A stretch of DNA of 64,000 bases from Candidatus Spongiisociaceae bacterium (GTDB taxonomy: Bacteria; Actinomycetota; Acidimicrobiia; Spongiisociales; Spongiisociaceae): assembly GCA_965202665.1 (NCBI GenBank), contig OZ241841.1, positions 1,760,001-1,824,000 of the forward strand, given 5' to 3'. Each line of letters starts with the position of its first letter. The first letter of the stretch is position 1. The position numbers and the translations under genes are program-made. Below the pieces are notes generated by a model, which saw only the letters and a list, made by a program, of their open reading frames with translations, made no database searches and was not told the DNA's origin. Shown piece by piece: positions 7,960 to 19,100 of the stretch.

Positions 7960-10674
7960 TCAGGAGGACGGGGTTGCGTCTCCGCCCGCATCCGCATCCG
8001 GATCGGGGGAGTCCGGGGAGCGGGGGGCGGCGGGGGGAACCGGGGCGAAGTAGCCGACTACCAGCAACAGCGCCCCCACCCCCAGGAAGGACACCACCCT
8101 GGTCAGGGCCCCGGTGTTGCCCAGGTCGATCAGGAAAAGTTTGACCACCACCACCCCCATCAGGGACGCCCCGGCGATCCAGCCCGCCCGCTGCGCCTTC
8201 CACTTGCCGAAGATCATCCCCCCCAGCCCGGCCAGGCCCCACAGGATGGACAGGGCGGCCTGCAAGATGGTGGAGCCGAACAGATCCCCGAAGGTGAACG
8301 GCGCCTCCCGCCAGTGGTGGACGGTGCGGGCCGCGGTCATGGTCAGCACGATCATCCCCATGGCGGCGGTCCATCCCAGCCAGTTCCGCCGCACCGCGGA
8401 CAGGGCCGGGCCTTGATAGCGGCCGGTGCGTTTCCGCCACCAGAAGGCCGCCGCAACCAGCAACACGCTCACCGCCTCCAAAGGATTAAGCAACGGAAGA
8501 TAGGGCCACGGGGCGGGGTCGCCGTCCGAGAAAATATTGAGAACCACCGCCGCTACGGCCAGCCCGGCCAGTATCGCGCCCGACCCGGAAGCGAGGTAGA
8601 TGCGCCGGCGGATCCCCAACGGCCAACCGTTTTCCCCGGCGCCGAGCAGGGGAAGGGCCGCCACCGCCAGCGCCGCCGCCAAAGAGGCCGCCGCCGGCCA
8701 GACGCCGCCGCCCGCCCGCCCGGCCAGCCAGTGAACCTCCGCCCCGATCAGCAACGCCAACCCCCAAAACCCGCCGCTGTGCAAAACGGCGAGCAATTTG
8801 GGAAACATTTCTTCCCGCAGCCGCAGGAACAGGTAGAGCGCCCCGAAGGCCAACGGCCAAGCCGCCCATCCGTAATCGTCCAACGGGTGGGAAAGATCAA
8901 ATTCGCCCCCGCTCCGCACCGCCAAAGCCAGGAAGAGGAATATCGCTATCAAAGGAAGGAGCAGGGTTCCCAGAACGTTCAATTTGGGCCAGCGCACCGC
9001 CGGTGCCGCCAGGAATCCGGCCCCCAGCGCCGCGGCGACCACAGCCATCGAACCGTACAGTTCGGCGGAGCCCAGTTGGTTGACCGCTTCCATGACCAGG
9101 CCCCCCAGCAGCCAACCCGCGCCCCAGGACATTCCCAGCCAAGCCGCCTGCGACGCGGTTTCCGATCGGTGGCGCCCCCGGTCCAGCAACCAGGCCGAGA
9201 ACAGCCCGGCGGCGGCCAGCAACAGGGCCCCCGGCAGGTAGCGGTTGGCTACCGGGAGGGCGCCGTCCGGGTAGGGGAGTTGGCCGGCGAGGAACCACGC
9301 AAAAGAAATCCCGGCCAGGATTTGCAAGGCCCCTCCCCCCGCCGCCAGCCAGAACCGGTTGCGGCGCAGGTTGAGCCACACCATCGCCGCCCCCTGCGCC
9401 GCCCACGCCGCGGCCGTGTAATAGGCGTCGAAAGCCAGCGGGACGGCCAAGGCCAGAAAAACCGCGCCCAAACCGAGGTTGGATTCGCCCAGCGGACGGA
9501 GGTTCCGGCGGGGCGAGCGGGCGATCCGCCACAGCAGAAAGCAGAAGGCGGCCAGGCCCAGGGAGCTCCACGCCGGCCCGTAAGCGATGTGCCCCGCCAG
9601 CTGGTTCTGCAAGGCGAAGAAAACAAACGGGGTGCCGAAGGTCAAAGGCCCGTCGCTTATCCAGCGGCGGAAGGGGCCGTTTTCCGGACGGCGGGCGAGC
9701 AGCAGGGGGGCGGCCATGTAGGCGGCGGCGAACAGGGCGGGGAAGGGCCAAGCGGAGGCCAGCTGGTCGACCGTGTAGCGGAACAATATCCAATGGGCGC
9801 TGATCCCGAACGTGAACGCCCAACCCAGCAGGTTGAGCTCCGGCCACGTTTTGAACCAGGCGACGAACAGGATGGCCAAGTTGAGGGCCGACAGGAAGCC
9901 GAACAGGATCAGGTGGGAGCCGTCGTCCGCCGAAATCAGGACGGGGGCCAGGAAACCGCCGATGATGCCCAGCGTCGCCAACGAGCGGGAGTTTTGGACG
10001 ATGGCCAGAACCCCCGCCGCGGCGGTGACGACCGCCACCGAAGCGAAGGCCGGCGGAGCCGCCAGAACCTCATAGAGGACCAGCGAGGCGTACACGGCCA
10101 GGTACAGGACGGCCACGCCGCCTCCCTGCAGGCTGAGGGCGTAAACCAGGTTGCGGCCCCGCACCCATAACCCGATGGCCAACATGGCCAGGCCGCACGC
10201 CGCCACTACCGCCAGCCGCATTTCCAGGGTGAGTGTGATCCATCCCCGGTTCAGGGCCGTCTGGATCAGAAACCCCAGCCCGAGCAAGGACAGGATCACC
10301 CCCACCTTCACCGGAACGTTGCCGGTGGTGAACCATCTTTTGACCGCTCCCGCCGCCCGGCCGAAGGGAGACGGACCCGAGGCGCGCGGCGGAGGCGGTG
10401 GTGGTGGTGGCGGGGTCTTCGGCTCCGCCGGGGCCGCGGCCGGGACGGGGTCGGGTTCCCGAGGCGGCGGCGCGGGCGGAGGCTCCGCAACTTCCGGTTC
10501 CGGCGACGGCGGGGCGGCCGGGGTAGGGTAGGGGGGAGCAGGCCGGCCGGATTCCAAATGTTCCACCCGACGGCGCAGGTTGGCCGTTTGGACCAACAGC
10601 ACCACCAAGAGAACCGGCCCCGCAACCAGCACGATGAACAACAGAAAAGCCAGCAAACCTATCATCCCGGGCAC
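7960..10674 (-). CDS. DUF2339-type polytopic membrane protein
   Basis: Pro-rich linker, N..VKVGVILSLLGLGF, many TMs, C-terminal KLFLIDL..LTRVVSFLGVGALLL. Confidence 0.85.
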   Translation of the reverse strand: MPGMIGLLAFLLFIVLVAGPVLLVVLLVQTANLRRRVEHLESGRPAPPYPTPAAPPSPEPEVAEPPPAPPPREPDPVPAAAPAEPKTPPPPPPPPPRASGPSPFGRAAGAVKRWFTTGNVPVKVGVILSLLGLGFLIQTALNRGWITLTLEMRLAVVAACGLAMLAIGLWVRGRNLVYALSLQGGGVAVLYLAVYASLVLYEVLAAPPAFASVAVVTAAAGVLAIVQNSRSLATLGIIGGFLAPVLISADDGSHLILFGFLSALNLAILFVAWFKTWPELNLLGWAFTFGISAHWILFRYTVDQLASAWPFPALFAAAYMAAPLLLARRPENGPFRRWISDGPLTFGTPFVFFALQNQLAGHIAYGPAWSSLGLAAFCFLLWRIARSPRRNLRPLGESNLGLGAVFLALAVPLAFDAYYTAAAWAAQGAAMVWLNLRRNRFWLAAGGGALQILAGISFAWFLAGQLPYPDGALPVANRYLPGALLLAAAGLFSAWLLDRGRHRSETASQAAWLGMSWGAGWLLGGLVMEAVNQLGSAELYGSMAVVAAALGAGFLAAPAVRWPKLNVLGTLLLPLIAIFLFLALAVRSGGEFDLSHPLDDYGWAAWPLAFGALYLFLRLREEMFPKLLAVLHSGGFWGLALLIGAEVHWLAGRAGGGVWPAAASLAAALAVAALPLLGAGENGWPLGIRRRIYLASGSGAILAGLAVAAVVLNIFSDGDPAPWPYLPLLNPLEAVSVLLVAAAFWWRKRTGRYQGPALSAVRRNWLGWTAAMGMIVLTMTAARTVHHWREAPFTFGDLFGSTILQAALSILWGLAGLGGMIFGKWKAQRAGWIAGASLMGVVVVKLFLIDLGNTGALTRVVSFLGVGALLLVVGYFAPVPPAAPRSPDSPDPDADAGGDATPSS

Positions 10675-10744
10675 CTCCCGTCGCCGATGCTAGTCCCCGG
10701 AGACAGGTGCGGGGAGCGGCTTAGTCCGCAAAACCCGCCCCCGG

Positions 10745-10920
10745 AGCCGGGGAGTCCGGGGAGCGGGGGGAACCGGGGCGAAGTAGCCGACCACCGACAA
10801 CAGCGCGCCCACCCCCGGGAAGGAAACCACCCTGGTCAGGGCCCCGGTGTTGCCCAGGTCCATCAGGAAAAGTTTGACCACCACCATCAGGGACGCCCCG
10901 GCGATCCAGCCCGCCCGTTG
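10745..10920 (-). pseudogene. Degenerate duplicate of the DUF2339 gene 3' end
   Basis: Matches ~8000-8192 with substitutions and indels (KLFLMDLGNTGALTRVVSFPGVG). Confidence 0.85.
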
Positions 10921-11001
10921 CCCTTTCGCCCGAGCCCGCCCCGATAAAAACGTTCCCCCGCCCCAAGCGCAACCCCCTAATCCCACGCGAAGAGCCCTTA
11001 A

Positions 11002-11040
11002 CAGGAGGAGCCTCCCCCGCTCAGCGGGGGAGGCCTCCTG
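11002..11040 (-). terminator. Hairpin after surface-protein copy A
   Basis: gcctcccccgct..agcggggggaggc stem; the same ~85-bp 3' block follows copies B and C. Confidence 0.7.
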
Positions 11041-11909
11041 GCGTGTTGGGTTGCGTGAAAGGCTTATCGGGTGATCTGGTAAACAGTCAGCAACCGAGGA
11101 CTGCTCCCCATAGGCGCGTCGTCAACCGTGCCCTCTTCCCTTATACCGGAGTACAGGGCACCAGATGTTTTGTCGTAGGTGGTCTGCCATCCCAGACGGG
11201 CGTTGACCCGGGGACCCAGGAACTCTTCGTCCGGGGTGCTGTCGGTAGCCCATCCGGTTGCGGGCTTCGTGAAGGTCACCACCGAACCCCGGAAGTCGCC
11301 TTCCTGTCGATAATGACGACCGGCCGCGATCTCCGAACCGTCGCTTTTGATGGCGACGTACTGGCCGAACACATCCTGATTTCTGGGAGATGATACGGTC
11401 AGATTAAATCCGGCGGTAGCCGCAATCGAATCAGCATGTTGGGCGTGTAAAACCCCCCAGCCGTCCGCATGGTCAGGCTTAACGTACACGCGCATCGAAC
11501 CGGGCACGTTAGCCTGAGCCTGGAAGTGGTTGGAGATGACGAGGGTGTTTCCATCCTCGGAGAGGGCCACGTACTTGCCAAACTCATTGTAGGCGGGTTG
11601 CGCTAAGCGGTTAGCCCATTTGGCATGGCCATCTGCATGGGTGGCGTCACCGATATCCGTCCAACCACCAGCGGGCTTGACATACAAGAATACCAATCCT
11701 AGACAGACACCGGAAGAAAGACTGCAGTGGGTGGAGGCGATCGTGTCCCCATCTCCGTCGATGGCAATGGACCGCTCGTTGTTCCAACCAGTGCCGACAA
11801 ACAACACATGAGTGTCGGCATCGGTGTGATCGTTATCGTCATCCCAATTACCGGCCGTGGGATTCGCGGGTTTTTCGTATACCAACACTGCCCCGCTGCT
11901 ATCGCTAGC

Positions 11910-12985
11910 TGTACTTGGCCAGGACGTTGGTGACGGTTTGGTTGTTGCATAAGTGAAGACCTCCTGGTGTTATGGGGAGTGAAAGCACCCTATAGCACGG
12001 GAGGAGGTCTTCAGGGATGCATGGTAACGCGAGGTCGTCGCCTTTGGGACGTTTGGGGATGGTGTTGCGGGTGATAGAAGAAGGGGAACCGGTAGCGCGG
12101 GTGGCTCGGGGGATGGGCCTGTCCCGGCAGTGCGTGTCCAAGTGGGTGCGCCGCTACCGGGAAGAAGGCCAAGCCGGTTTGGAAGACCGGTCGTCTCGGC
12201 CGCGTTGTTCCCCTATGCGTACCAGCCCGGAGGTGGAAGAGCTGGTGCTGCGGGCGCGGCGGCGGTTGCGGGCGGGGCCCGCTCGGTTGTCGGCGTTTAC
12301 GGGGGTGCCGGAGCGGACGATCAGCCGTATCCTCCGCCGCCATGGAGTGTTGCGTCTGTGGGAATGCGACCCGCTGACCGGCGAACCGCTCAAGTCCCCT
12401 CCCGGGCCGGTGGTGCGGTATGAACGGGACAGGCCTGGTGAGTTGCTGCATATGGATGTTAAGAAGCTTTCTTCCATACCGCCCGGCGGGGGATGGAAGG
12501 TACACGGCCGGGGCAACGCCCCCGCCAGCGGAGCGGGATGGACTTTTGTGCACTCTGTCGTGGACGACTACACCCGCCTCGCCTACTCCGAAACGCTATC
12601 AGACGAGAAAGGAACCACCGTCGCCGCGTTCACCGCCCGCGCCCTCAACCACTTCCGCCAACTAGGCATAACCCACATCGCGGAGATCATGACCGACAAC
12701 CACTGGAGCTACACCCGCAGCCGCCTATTCTCTTCCCTGCTCGCCCAGCACGACATCCGTCATATCACGATCAGACCGTATCATCCCCAGCAGAACGGCA
12801 AAGTGGAACGATACAACCAAACCCTCAAACGAGAATGGGCCAACTCCCAATCCTGGCCCGACAACCAAACCCGAAACCAAGCCCTCCGCCACTGGCTCCA
12901 CTACTACAATAACCACCGGCCCCACTACAGCCTCGGAGGCAAACCACCAACCTCCAGACTGTAACCAACCTATTGGCCATGTACA
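11910..12985 (+). mobile_element. Complete IS481-family element
   Basis: 25-bp imperfect IRs tgtacttggccaggacgttggtgac / gtaaccaacctattggccatgtaca; 6-bp TSD GCTAGC at 11904-11909 and 12986-12991. Confidence 0.95.
12017..12964 (+). CDS. IS481-family DDE transposase
   Basis: MHGNAR..HTH..RYERDRPGELLHMDVKKL..VDDYTRLAY..MTDN..PQQNGKVERYNQTL. Confidence 0.95.
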   Translation: MHGNARSSPLGRLGMVLRVIEEGEPVARVARGMGLSRQCVSKWVRRYREEGQAGLEDRSSRPRCSPMRTSPEVEELVLRARRRLRAGPARLSAFTGVPERTISRILRRHGVLRLWECDPLTGEPLKSPPGPVVRYERDRPGELLHMDVKKLSSIPPGGGWKVHGRGNAPASGAGWTFVHSVVDDYTRLAYSETLSDEKGTTVAAFTARALNHFRQLGITHIAEIMTDNHWSYTRSRLFSSLLAQHDIRHITIRPYHPQQNGKVERYNQTLKREWANSQSWPDNQTRNQALRHWLHYYNNHRPHYSLGGKPPTSRL

Positions 12986-13430
12986 GCTAGCCGGTGCTGC
13001 TACTGCGATGGTGGAGCCGTCGGAGGATATGGCAACCCCCTCCCCGAAACCATGGTTGAAGGGGTTGGTAGCAGACGGTTCTAGGGTGGCGTCTAGCGAC
13101 CAAGTGCCATTGCTTTGACGGGTGTAGACATAGACTTTTTTGAGTCCTTCTCGGCTTCCGACTACTACCGTGTCGCCGCTGATGTCCACATCCCACCCGA
13201 AGTAACCATTTTGCATGATGGTTGGGGGGGTGAGTTTGACGATGGCGCTGGCGGCGGTGTTCATCCCGTTGGGGTAGATGTACACCATCCCCGCCCTAGT
13301 ACGCGTCACGTCATCTGCAGCATCGTTGTTGCCCATGTCGTCTACAACGCTTTCGTAAGAGGCTCCGACGACTATTACTCCGTTGTCGGCTGCTACGGCT
13401 TGCCCGTAGCGGGCGATGGCCCCGGCCCTG

Positions 13431-14996
13431 GCCCCGTCGGGGTGGTTGAGGCTGGGCCATTCCTCCTGCAAAGCGAAGGTGCTGACTTTGCCCGCTTCGT
13501 CCTGGTAGGCGGTTACTTTCAGGTGAGCCCCCGCCGGGTCGGCGTCCTCCGCTAAGGGTTTCTCGAACTCGGCCATCACGGTGGGTCCGTCGAAGTTGGA
13601 GAACTGGTCGTTGGCGTCGTATTTGACCAGCATCAGTTTCTCCTCAGCGGCTACTACCAGCTGGTCGTTGTCGGGGTCTTTCACCAGGATGCGGCCGGTG
13701 AACGGCGCCCCGTCCGGTTCCTCCACCCAGTAATGGTAGACACGAGCCTCATGGGAGTTCAGATCAATGTCGACGCCGTCGTTTTCAGGCCGATCTTCGC
13801 TACCGTCCGCTACTCCCACCACCTCGCTGAAGGTGGCCCAGATGGTTTCGATGACGCTGTCGGTGCTGTCGTAGTTGTAACCGAGGTTGGCCCGGCCGTC
13901 CCGTCCGGTGGTCCGCGTATACCGGCCCGTACCCGACAGCGTACGCTTCCCGCCGGATGAGCCGACGGTGATACCGGCGGGCGCGGTGGAACCCACCCCC
14001 AAAATAACGGAGCAATCCGCGTCCTCATCTTTGGCCTTGGTGCACAAAGAGTCGGAAAGGAAACTGATCCGTTTGCCGCGTACTGGGTCGCCGAACTGGT
14101 CGGTCAGTGTGGCCGTGACCGTGTTGCCGGCCCCTTGGCCTTCGTCCGACGCCAGAACGAACTCGTTGCGGGATGTGACCGTCAGCGTGGCCGGCCTCGG
14201 CGCTTCGTCCGACCAGCTGTAGGTGTCGGAGGAGAAGTCGCTTCCGTCCTCGTTTTTGAACGGCAACCCGGCCGGCGGGTTGGTCAACGTCAACGTCACC
14301 GTCGCGCTGTCGCCGGTGTTGGTGCTGGGATCGGTTTGGGTGAATTCCAAAACGATTTTCCCGTCGGCGTCGGTCGTCATGCTGTTGGTGGAGGACGTGG
14401 TGTTGTCCCCCACCGTAGTGCTCTGCGCGACGGTTACCCGTTTGCCTTTGTCGGCTACGGCTTTGTCGTCCGGGTCGGCGATTTGGATGGTGACGGTGAC
14501 GGTTTCCCCGAACTTGGAGCGGGTCTGCCCTTCCTCCAAGTTGTCGGTCACCAAAGTTTGGGTGGCCGCTTTGGAGAACCCGACGGTCAGTTGGGCGCGG
14601 GTGGTGTCATCGGAGTCGAACTTGTCGCCCCGGTCGCCGGTCCAGGCCCACACCGTCGCGTCCGCGTCCGTGATCTGCAAGGACAAATCGGTGAGGTCCC
14701 CCGACGCGTCGGTGGTGCTGTCCCCCAAATCCACCTCGCACGCCGTCTGCCCCACTTGCCCCACCCGATTCACATTCGCCGTAACGCACGCCCCGTCGTC
14801 CCCGAACGCCTCATCCGCGTCAGCGGAACGGAACACGTCCACCGACGCGTCCTGCACCGGCTGGAAGTTCACATCCCGCACCGACACAATCAACGGCACG
14901 CCCTGCGCCCCCAGCACCATATCCTGCTCGCTCTGAATCGACACCCCCGCCGGACGGGCGATGGTATGCGCAAACGCCCGGGTGATGAACGACGCC
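13431..14996. repeat. Constant block of cassette A: direct repeat of 21689-23254; its part 14065-14996 is an inverted repeat of 16844-17775
   Basis: Constant 8258-bp offset to copy C; alternative-frame ORF translations are identical; only one mismatch spotted (14969). Confidence 0.92.
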
Positions 14997-15074
14997 GAAT
15001 ACATCGGAGCGAAATCAATGTCCTCCTCCTTACCATGCGTCCCCACCGCACCCGGAGGAGAAACCCCCAACCGA

Positions 15075-15400
15075 ACATCAAGCGGGCGCACCGCCACCGG
15101 CAGGAGAGGAAGACCGGTCTGGGAAGACCGGTCATCGCGGCCGCGCGTTCCCCGGGCGTGCGCCACCCCAGCGACGGAAGAAGAACAGGTGTTACGCACG
15201 CGGCGGGCCTTCCCGAGCGGGTTGCCGACGTCGATGGGCAGCCGGGGAGCTGGCTATCAACCGCATCCTCCGCCGCGATGGGAAACGCTACTCTGCAGGA
15301 ATCCGATCAGCTGACCGGCGAGCCGCTCAGAACCAGTCCCGGGCGGATGGTGCGGCATGAGCGCGGCAGGCCGGGAAAGTCGCCGCACAGGAACGTTGAC
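15075..15400 (+). mobile_element. Degenerate IS481 remnant capping the 5' end of cassette A
   Basis: Resembles ~12140-12460 (gaagaccggtc..cggccgcg; VRHERGRPGK versus VRYERDRPGE). Confidence 0.75.
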
Positions 15401-15998
15401 AACCGTCTTGTTTTGAACCCCTTCACCGGCTCGCGGTGCCCGCGCTGAATGAAACCACCACCCGGATTTGAAATCGACGAACAGATGGCGAGGCGGCGGA
15501 CAGGCGGATAGCCGACTGTCGATGAAGCTGTCCTCCGTCCCCAACTGGAAAATGCCTACCGGAAGGCCGTTCGCATCCCAGCCCCTCGTCAGACCGCGCA
15601 AAGCCCGCTTCCGTCGTCATCCGCAGTTCGTCCAGTCGTCTGCCCCGCTTCGCCGCGGGGCGACGAGGCGGGTGAGAACTTGGCGGGAGTCTGGCCGCCC
15701 TCCTTAATACATGGGACCCGCTCTCCGCTCCGAAGTGCCGGCTCATCCATCTCGCAACTGAGCAAACGCCCGCTCCCCGCTTGTTGGAACCGAAACGCGG
15801 CCGAGCGAACCTACCGCACCGTTCTTGGGCCGCCGATGTTTGCGCCGGGCGGCCGGCGGGCCGGCGGGAGGCGTCGGCGCCGGTTGGGATGGCGTTGGAG
15901 AGCCCGGCGCGGCGTGCGGTTTTGCCGTCCCGGCCAGCGGCCGCGACCGGCTTCTCGGGCCGGGCCGAAAATCGTTTTAAGAAATTTCCGATTTTGAC

Positions 15999-16026
15999 TT
16001 GACAAGTTTTTTGGGGACGCTAATGT
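15999..16026 (+). promoter_or_regulatory. Sigma70-type promoter of copy B (TTGACA-N16-TAATGT)
   Basis: Perfect -35 at 15999; TANNNT at 16021; AAAATCG/CGATTTT inverted repeat just upstream; RBS gaaggag at 16101. Confidence 0.65.
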
Positions 16027-16115
16027 ATCGCGTGTTGAGGCGTAGGCCCCGGTATTGCCCTCCGGTAGCCAGCGTGTTAGGCAAACGAAAAATGGGCTTG
16101 GAAGGAGTAGTCGTG

Positions 16116-19100
16116 ATGGCGAAAGTGTCGGGTCGGGTTTGGATGGTGGGTCTTTTAGTGTTGGGTTTGGTGGTGAGTTTGTTGGGGGTTTCTCCTCCGG
16201 GTGCGGTGGGGACGCATGGGGAGGAGGAGGACATTGATTTCGCTCCCATGTATTCGGCGTGCGTGGGGCGGGCGACGGATTCGGCCGGTTTTGAGGACAC
16301 GGCGGGCATCGGCGCGGAGGAGGCGATTGATTGCTTGTTCCATTATGGGATCACGAAAGGCCGGTCGGAGACCATGTACGCTCCGTCGGAGTCGGTGCTG
16401 CGGTGGCAGATGGCCCTGTTTTTGGCCCGGGCGTCGATGGCGGCGGGGATCGTGTTGGACAACCCGGCTGAGGATCAGGGGTTCACGGACATCAGCGCGG
16501 TGTCGGAAGAGGCCCAAAACGCCATCAACGGTTTAGCCAAAGAAGGGATCATGCCCGGCACGTCCGCGACGACGTTCAGCCCGAATTCGTCAGTGAACCG
16601 GGGTTCCATGGCGATGCTGCTGGACGCGTTCCTTTCCAAGGCCACTCCGGGGACGGGGGCGTTCGGGGAAGCGACGGAGAAGTACGCGGATGTAAAAGCC
16701 GACAACTTCAACGTGTTCACGGATGTGAACACGGTGTCGCTGAACACCTACAACGCCATATACCGCATTTACGAGCTGGGGGTCACGAAAGGGGTGGCGG
16801 AACATCAGTTCAACCCGGCCGGGCTGGTAACGCGGGGGCAGATGGCGTCGTTCATCACCCGGGCGTTTGCTCATACCATCGCCCGTCCGGCGGGGGTGTC
16901 GATTCAGAGCGAGCAGGATATGGTGCTGGGGGCGCAGGGCGTGCCGTTGATTGTGTCGGTGCGGGATGTGAACTTCCAGCCGGTGCAGGACGCGTCGGTG
17001 GACGTGTTCCGTTCCGCTGACGCGGATGAGGCGTTCGGGGACGACGGGGCGTGCGTTACGGCGAATGTGAATCGGGTGGGGCAAGTGGGGCAGACGGCGT
17101 GCGAGGTGGATTTGGGGGACAGCACCACCGACGCGTCGGGGGACCTCACCGATTTGTCCTTGCAGATCACGGACGCGGACGCGACGGTGTGGGCCTGGAC
17201 CGGCGACCGGGGCGACAAGTTCGACTCCGATGACACCACCCGCGCCCAACTGACCGTCGGGTTCTCCAAAGCGGCCACCCAAACTTTGGTGACCGACAAC
17301 TTGGAGGAAGGGCAGACCCGCTCCAAGTTCGGGGAAACCGTCACCGTCACCATCCAAATCGCCGACCCGGACGACAAAGCCGTAGCCGACAAAGGCAAAC
17401 GGGTAACCGTCGCGCAGAGCACTACGGTGGGGGACAACACCACGTCCTCCACCAACAGCATGACGACCGACGCCGACGGGAAAATCGTTTTGGAATTCAC
17501 CCAAACCGATCCCAGCACCAACACCGGCGACAGCGCGACGGTGACGTTGACGTTGACCAACCCGCCGGCCGGGTTGCCGTTCAAAAACGAGGACGGAAGC
17601 GACTTCTCCTCCGACACCTACAGCTGGTCGGACGAAGCGCCGAGGCCGGCCACGCTGACGGTCACATCCCGCAACGAGTTCGTTCTGGCGTCGGACGAAG
17701 GCCAAGGGGCCGGCAACACGGTCACGGCCACACTGACCGACCAGTTCGGCGACCCAGTACGCGGCAAACGGATCACGTTCACCTCCGACACTCTGTGCGT
17801 GAAGAAGCAACCGACTGACGCGGAGTGCGTCACGCACGGCGTGGGCGCCAACAACTACATGCGCACCACCGGACGGGACGGCCGGGCCAACCTCGGTTAC
17901 AACTACGACAACACGAACAGCGTCATCGAGGCCATCCGGGCCACCTACACCTACGTCGGCACCGAGGGAGTGCGGGGAGTGGTCGACACCACCGACCCCC
18001 TTCCCATGGGCGACCCGAAGGACGAGACCGTGTTGACGTCTGAGCCCGTTCACCATTACTGGGTGGAGGAACCGACCGGGGACCCGTTCACCGGGCGCAT
18101 CTTGGTGAAAGACCCCGACAACGACCAGGTGGTGGTAGCCGCTGAAGAGAAACTGATGCTGGTCAAATACGACGGGAACGACCAGTTCAACCTCGAGTCG
18201 GGAACCACCATCTTCTCCGAGTTCGAGAAACTGCTGGAAGAAAACGCCGACCCGGCGGGAGCCCACCTGAAGGTAACCTCCTACGAAGACGCCGCCGCCG
18301 ACGTTAGCGTCTTCACCGTACAAGAAGAATGGCCCGGCCTAGACCACCCCGCAGGCGCCAACGGCCGCTTCAACTACCCAATCGTGGTAGCCGACAACGG
18401 CATAATCGTCGTCGGGCATTACCTTGAGACGGTGACGTCGGGCGGCACCCAGATGCCACATGCGGGCGCAGTTTACATTTATCCGAACGGGATGGACACC
18501 GCCGCGAACAATATCGTGAAGCTGACCGCCCCCACTCCTTTCGCTTGCGGGTATTTCGGATATGATGTGGACATCACCGACAACACGGTGGTAGTCGGCA
18601 ACGCGTTCGTCGGCATCGACTCCGGTAGGTTGCGTCCGGTGGTGGGATTGGGCGAGGGTCAAACTTGCGCTATGTCCTCCTCCTATGAGAAAAAGGTCTA
18701 CGTGTACACCCGCACAGATAGCGGATGGCCCATCGACGCCACATTTACCAGCGTCGATGCCCAGAACAACACTGGTTTCGGGGAGGGGGTGGCTATCTCC
18801 TCCGATGGTTCCACCATCGCGGTGGTAGGACCCGGCTCGAATAATAATGGGGCCGTGTTCGTGTTCGAGAAGCCCCAAACCGGAGGCTGGGTGGACAACA
18901 CCACCGCCGGTCAAGGCCGTCTGAGGGGCGGTGGCGGCGATGGGGTCGGATGGATTCGAACCGAACGGTCTGTCGCTATCTCCGGGGACGGTTCGGTAAT
19001 CGCCGCTGGCGGTTGCAACAACGAAGGCAGCACCGGCACGTGCGGAGGGTGGCTGTATGTGTACGAGAAGGACCCCACCGCCAGCTGGGACGGGGTCACC

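Larger units (their letters stand above)
11064..15070 (-). pseudogene. Surface-protein cassette A (Ig-like stalk plus FG-GAP propeller): IS481-interrupted, SLH domains deleted, 5'-truncated
   Basis: Removing the IS and one GCTAGC copy rejoins TIAVAAPAS-DSSGAVLVYEK in frame; 588-bp in-frame deletion relative to B and C; no start or promoter. Confidence 0.88.

Noticed and set aside
7918-10170. Long antisense or alternative-frame ORFs (also 16590-18323, 41816-43819, 45829-47208, 56707-58794 and others)
   Set aside because: Shadow frames of well-supported genes in high-GC DNA; Arg/Gly/Pro-rich with no motifs.
10391-10410. (GGT)n run in the DUF2339 gene as a contingency repeat
   Set aside because: Short, in-frame and encodes the poly-Pro linker.
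15070-15199. ORF-track start (15199) for cassette A as a real N-terminus
   Set aside because: The first ~43 residues are antisense IS481 remnant, with no signal peptide or RBS.
15400-15990. Site-specific invertase or shufflon recombinase in the invertible segment
   Set aside because: No tyrosine or serine recombinase motifs in any ORF here or elsewhere in the window, and no short sfx/hix-like sites found.
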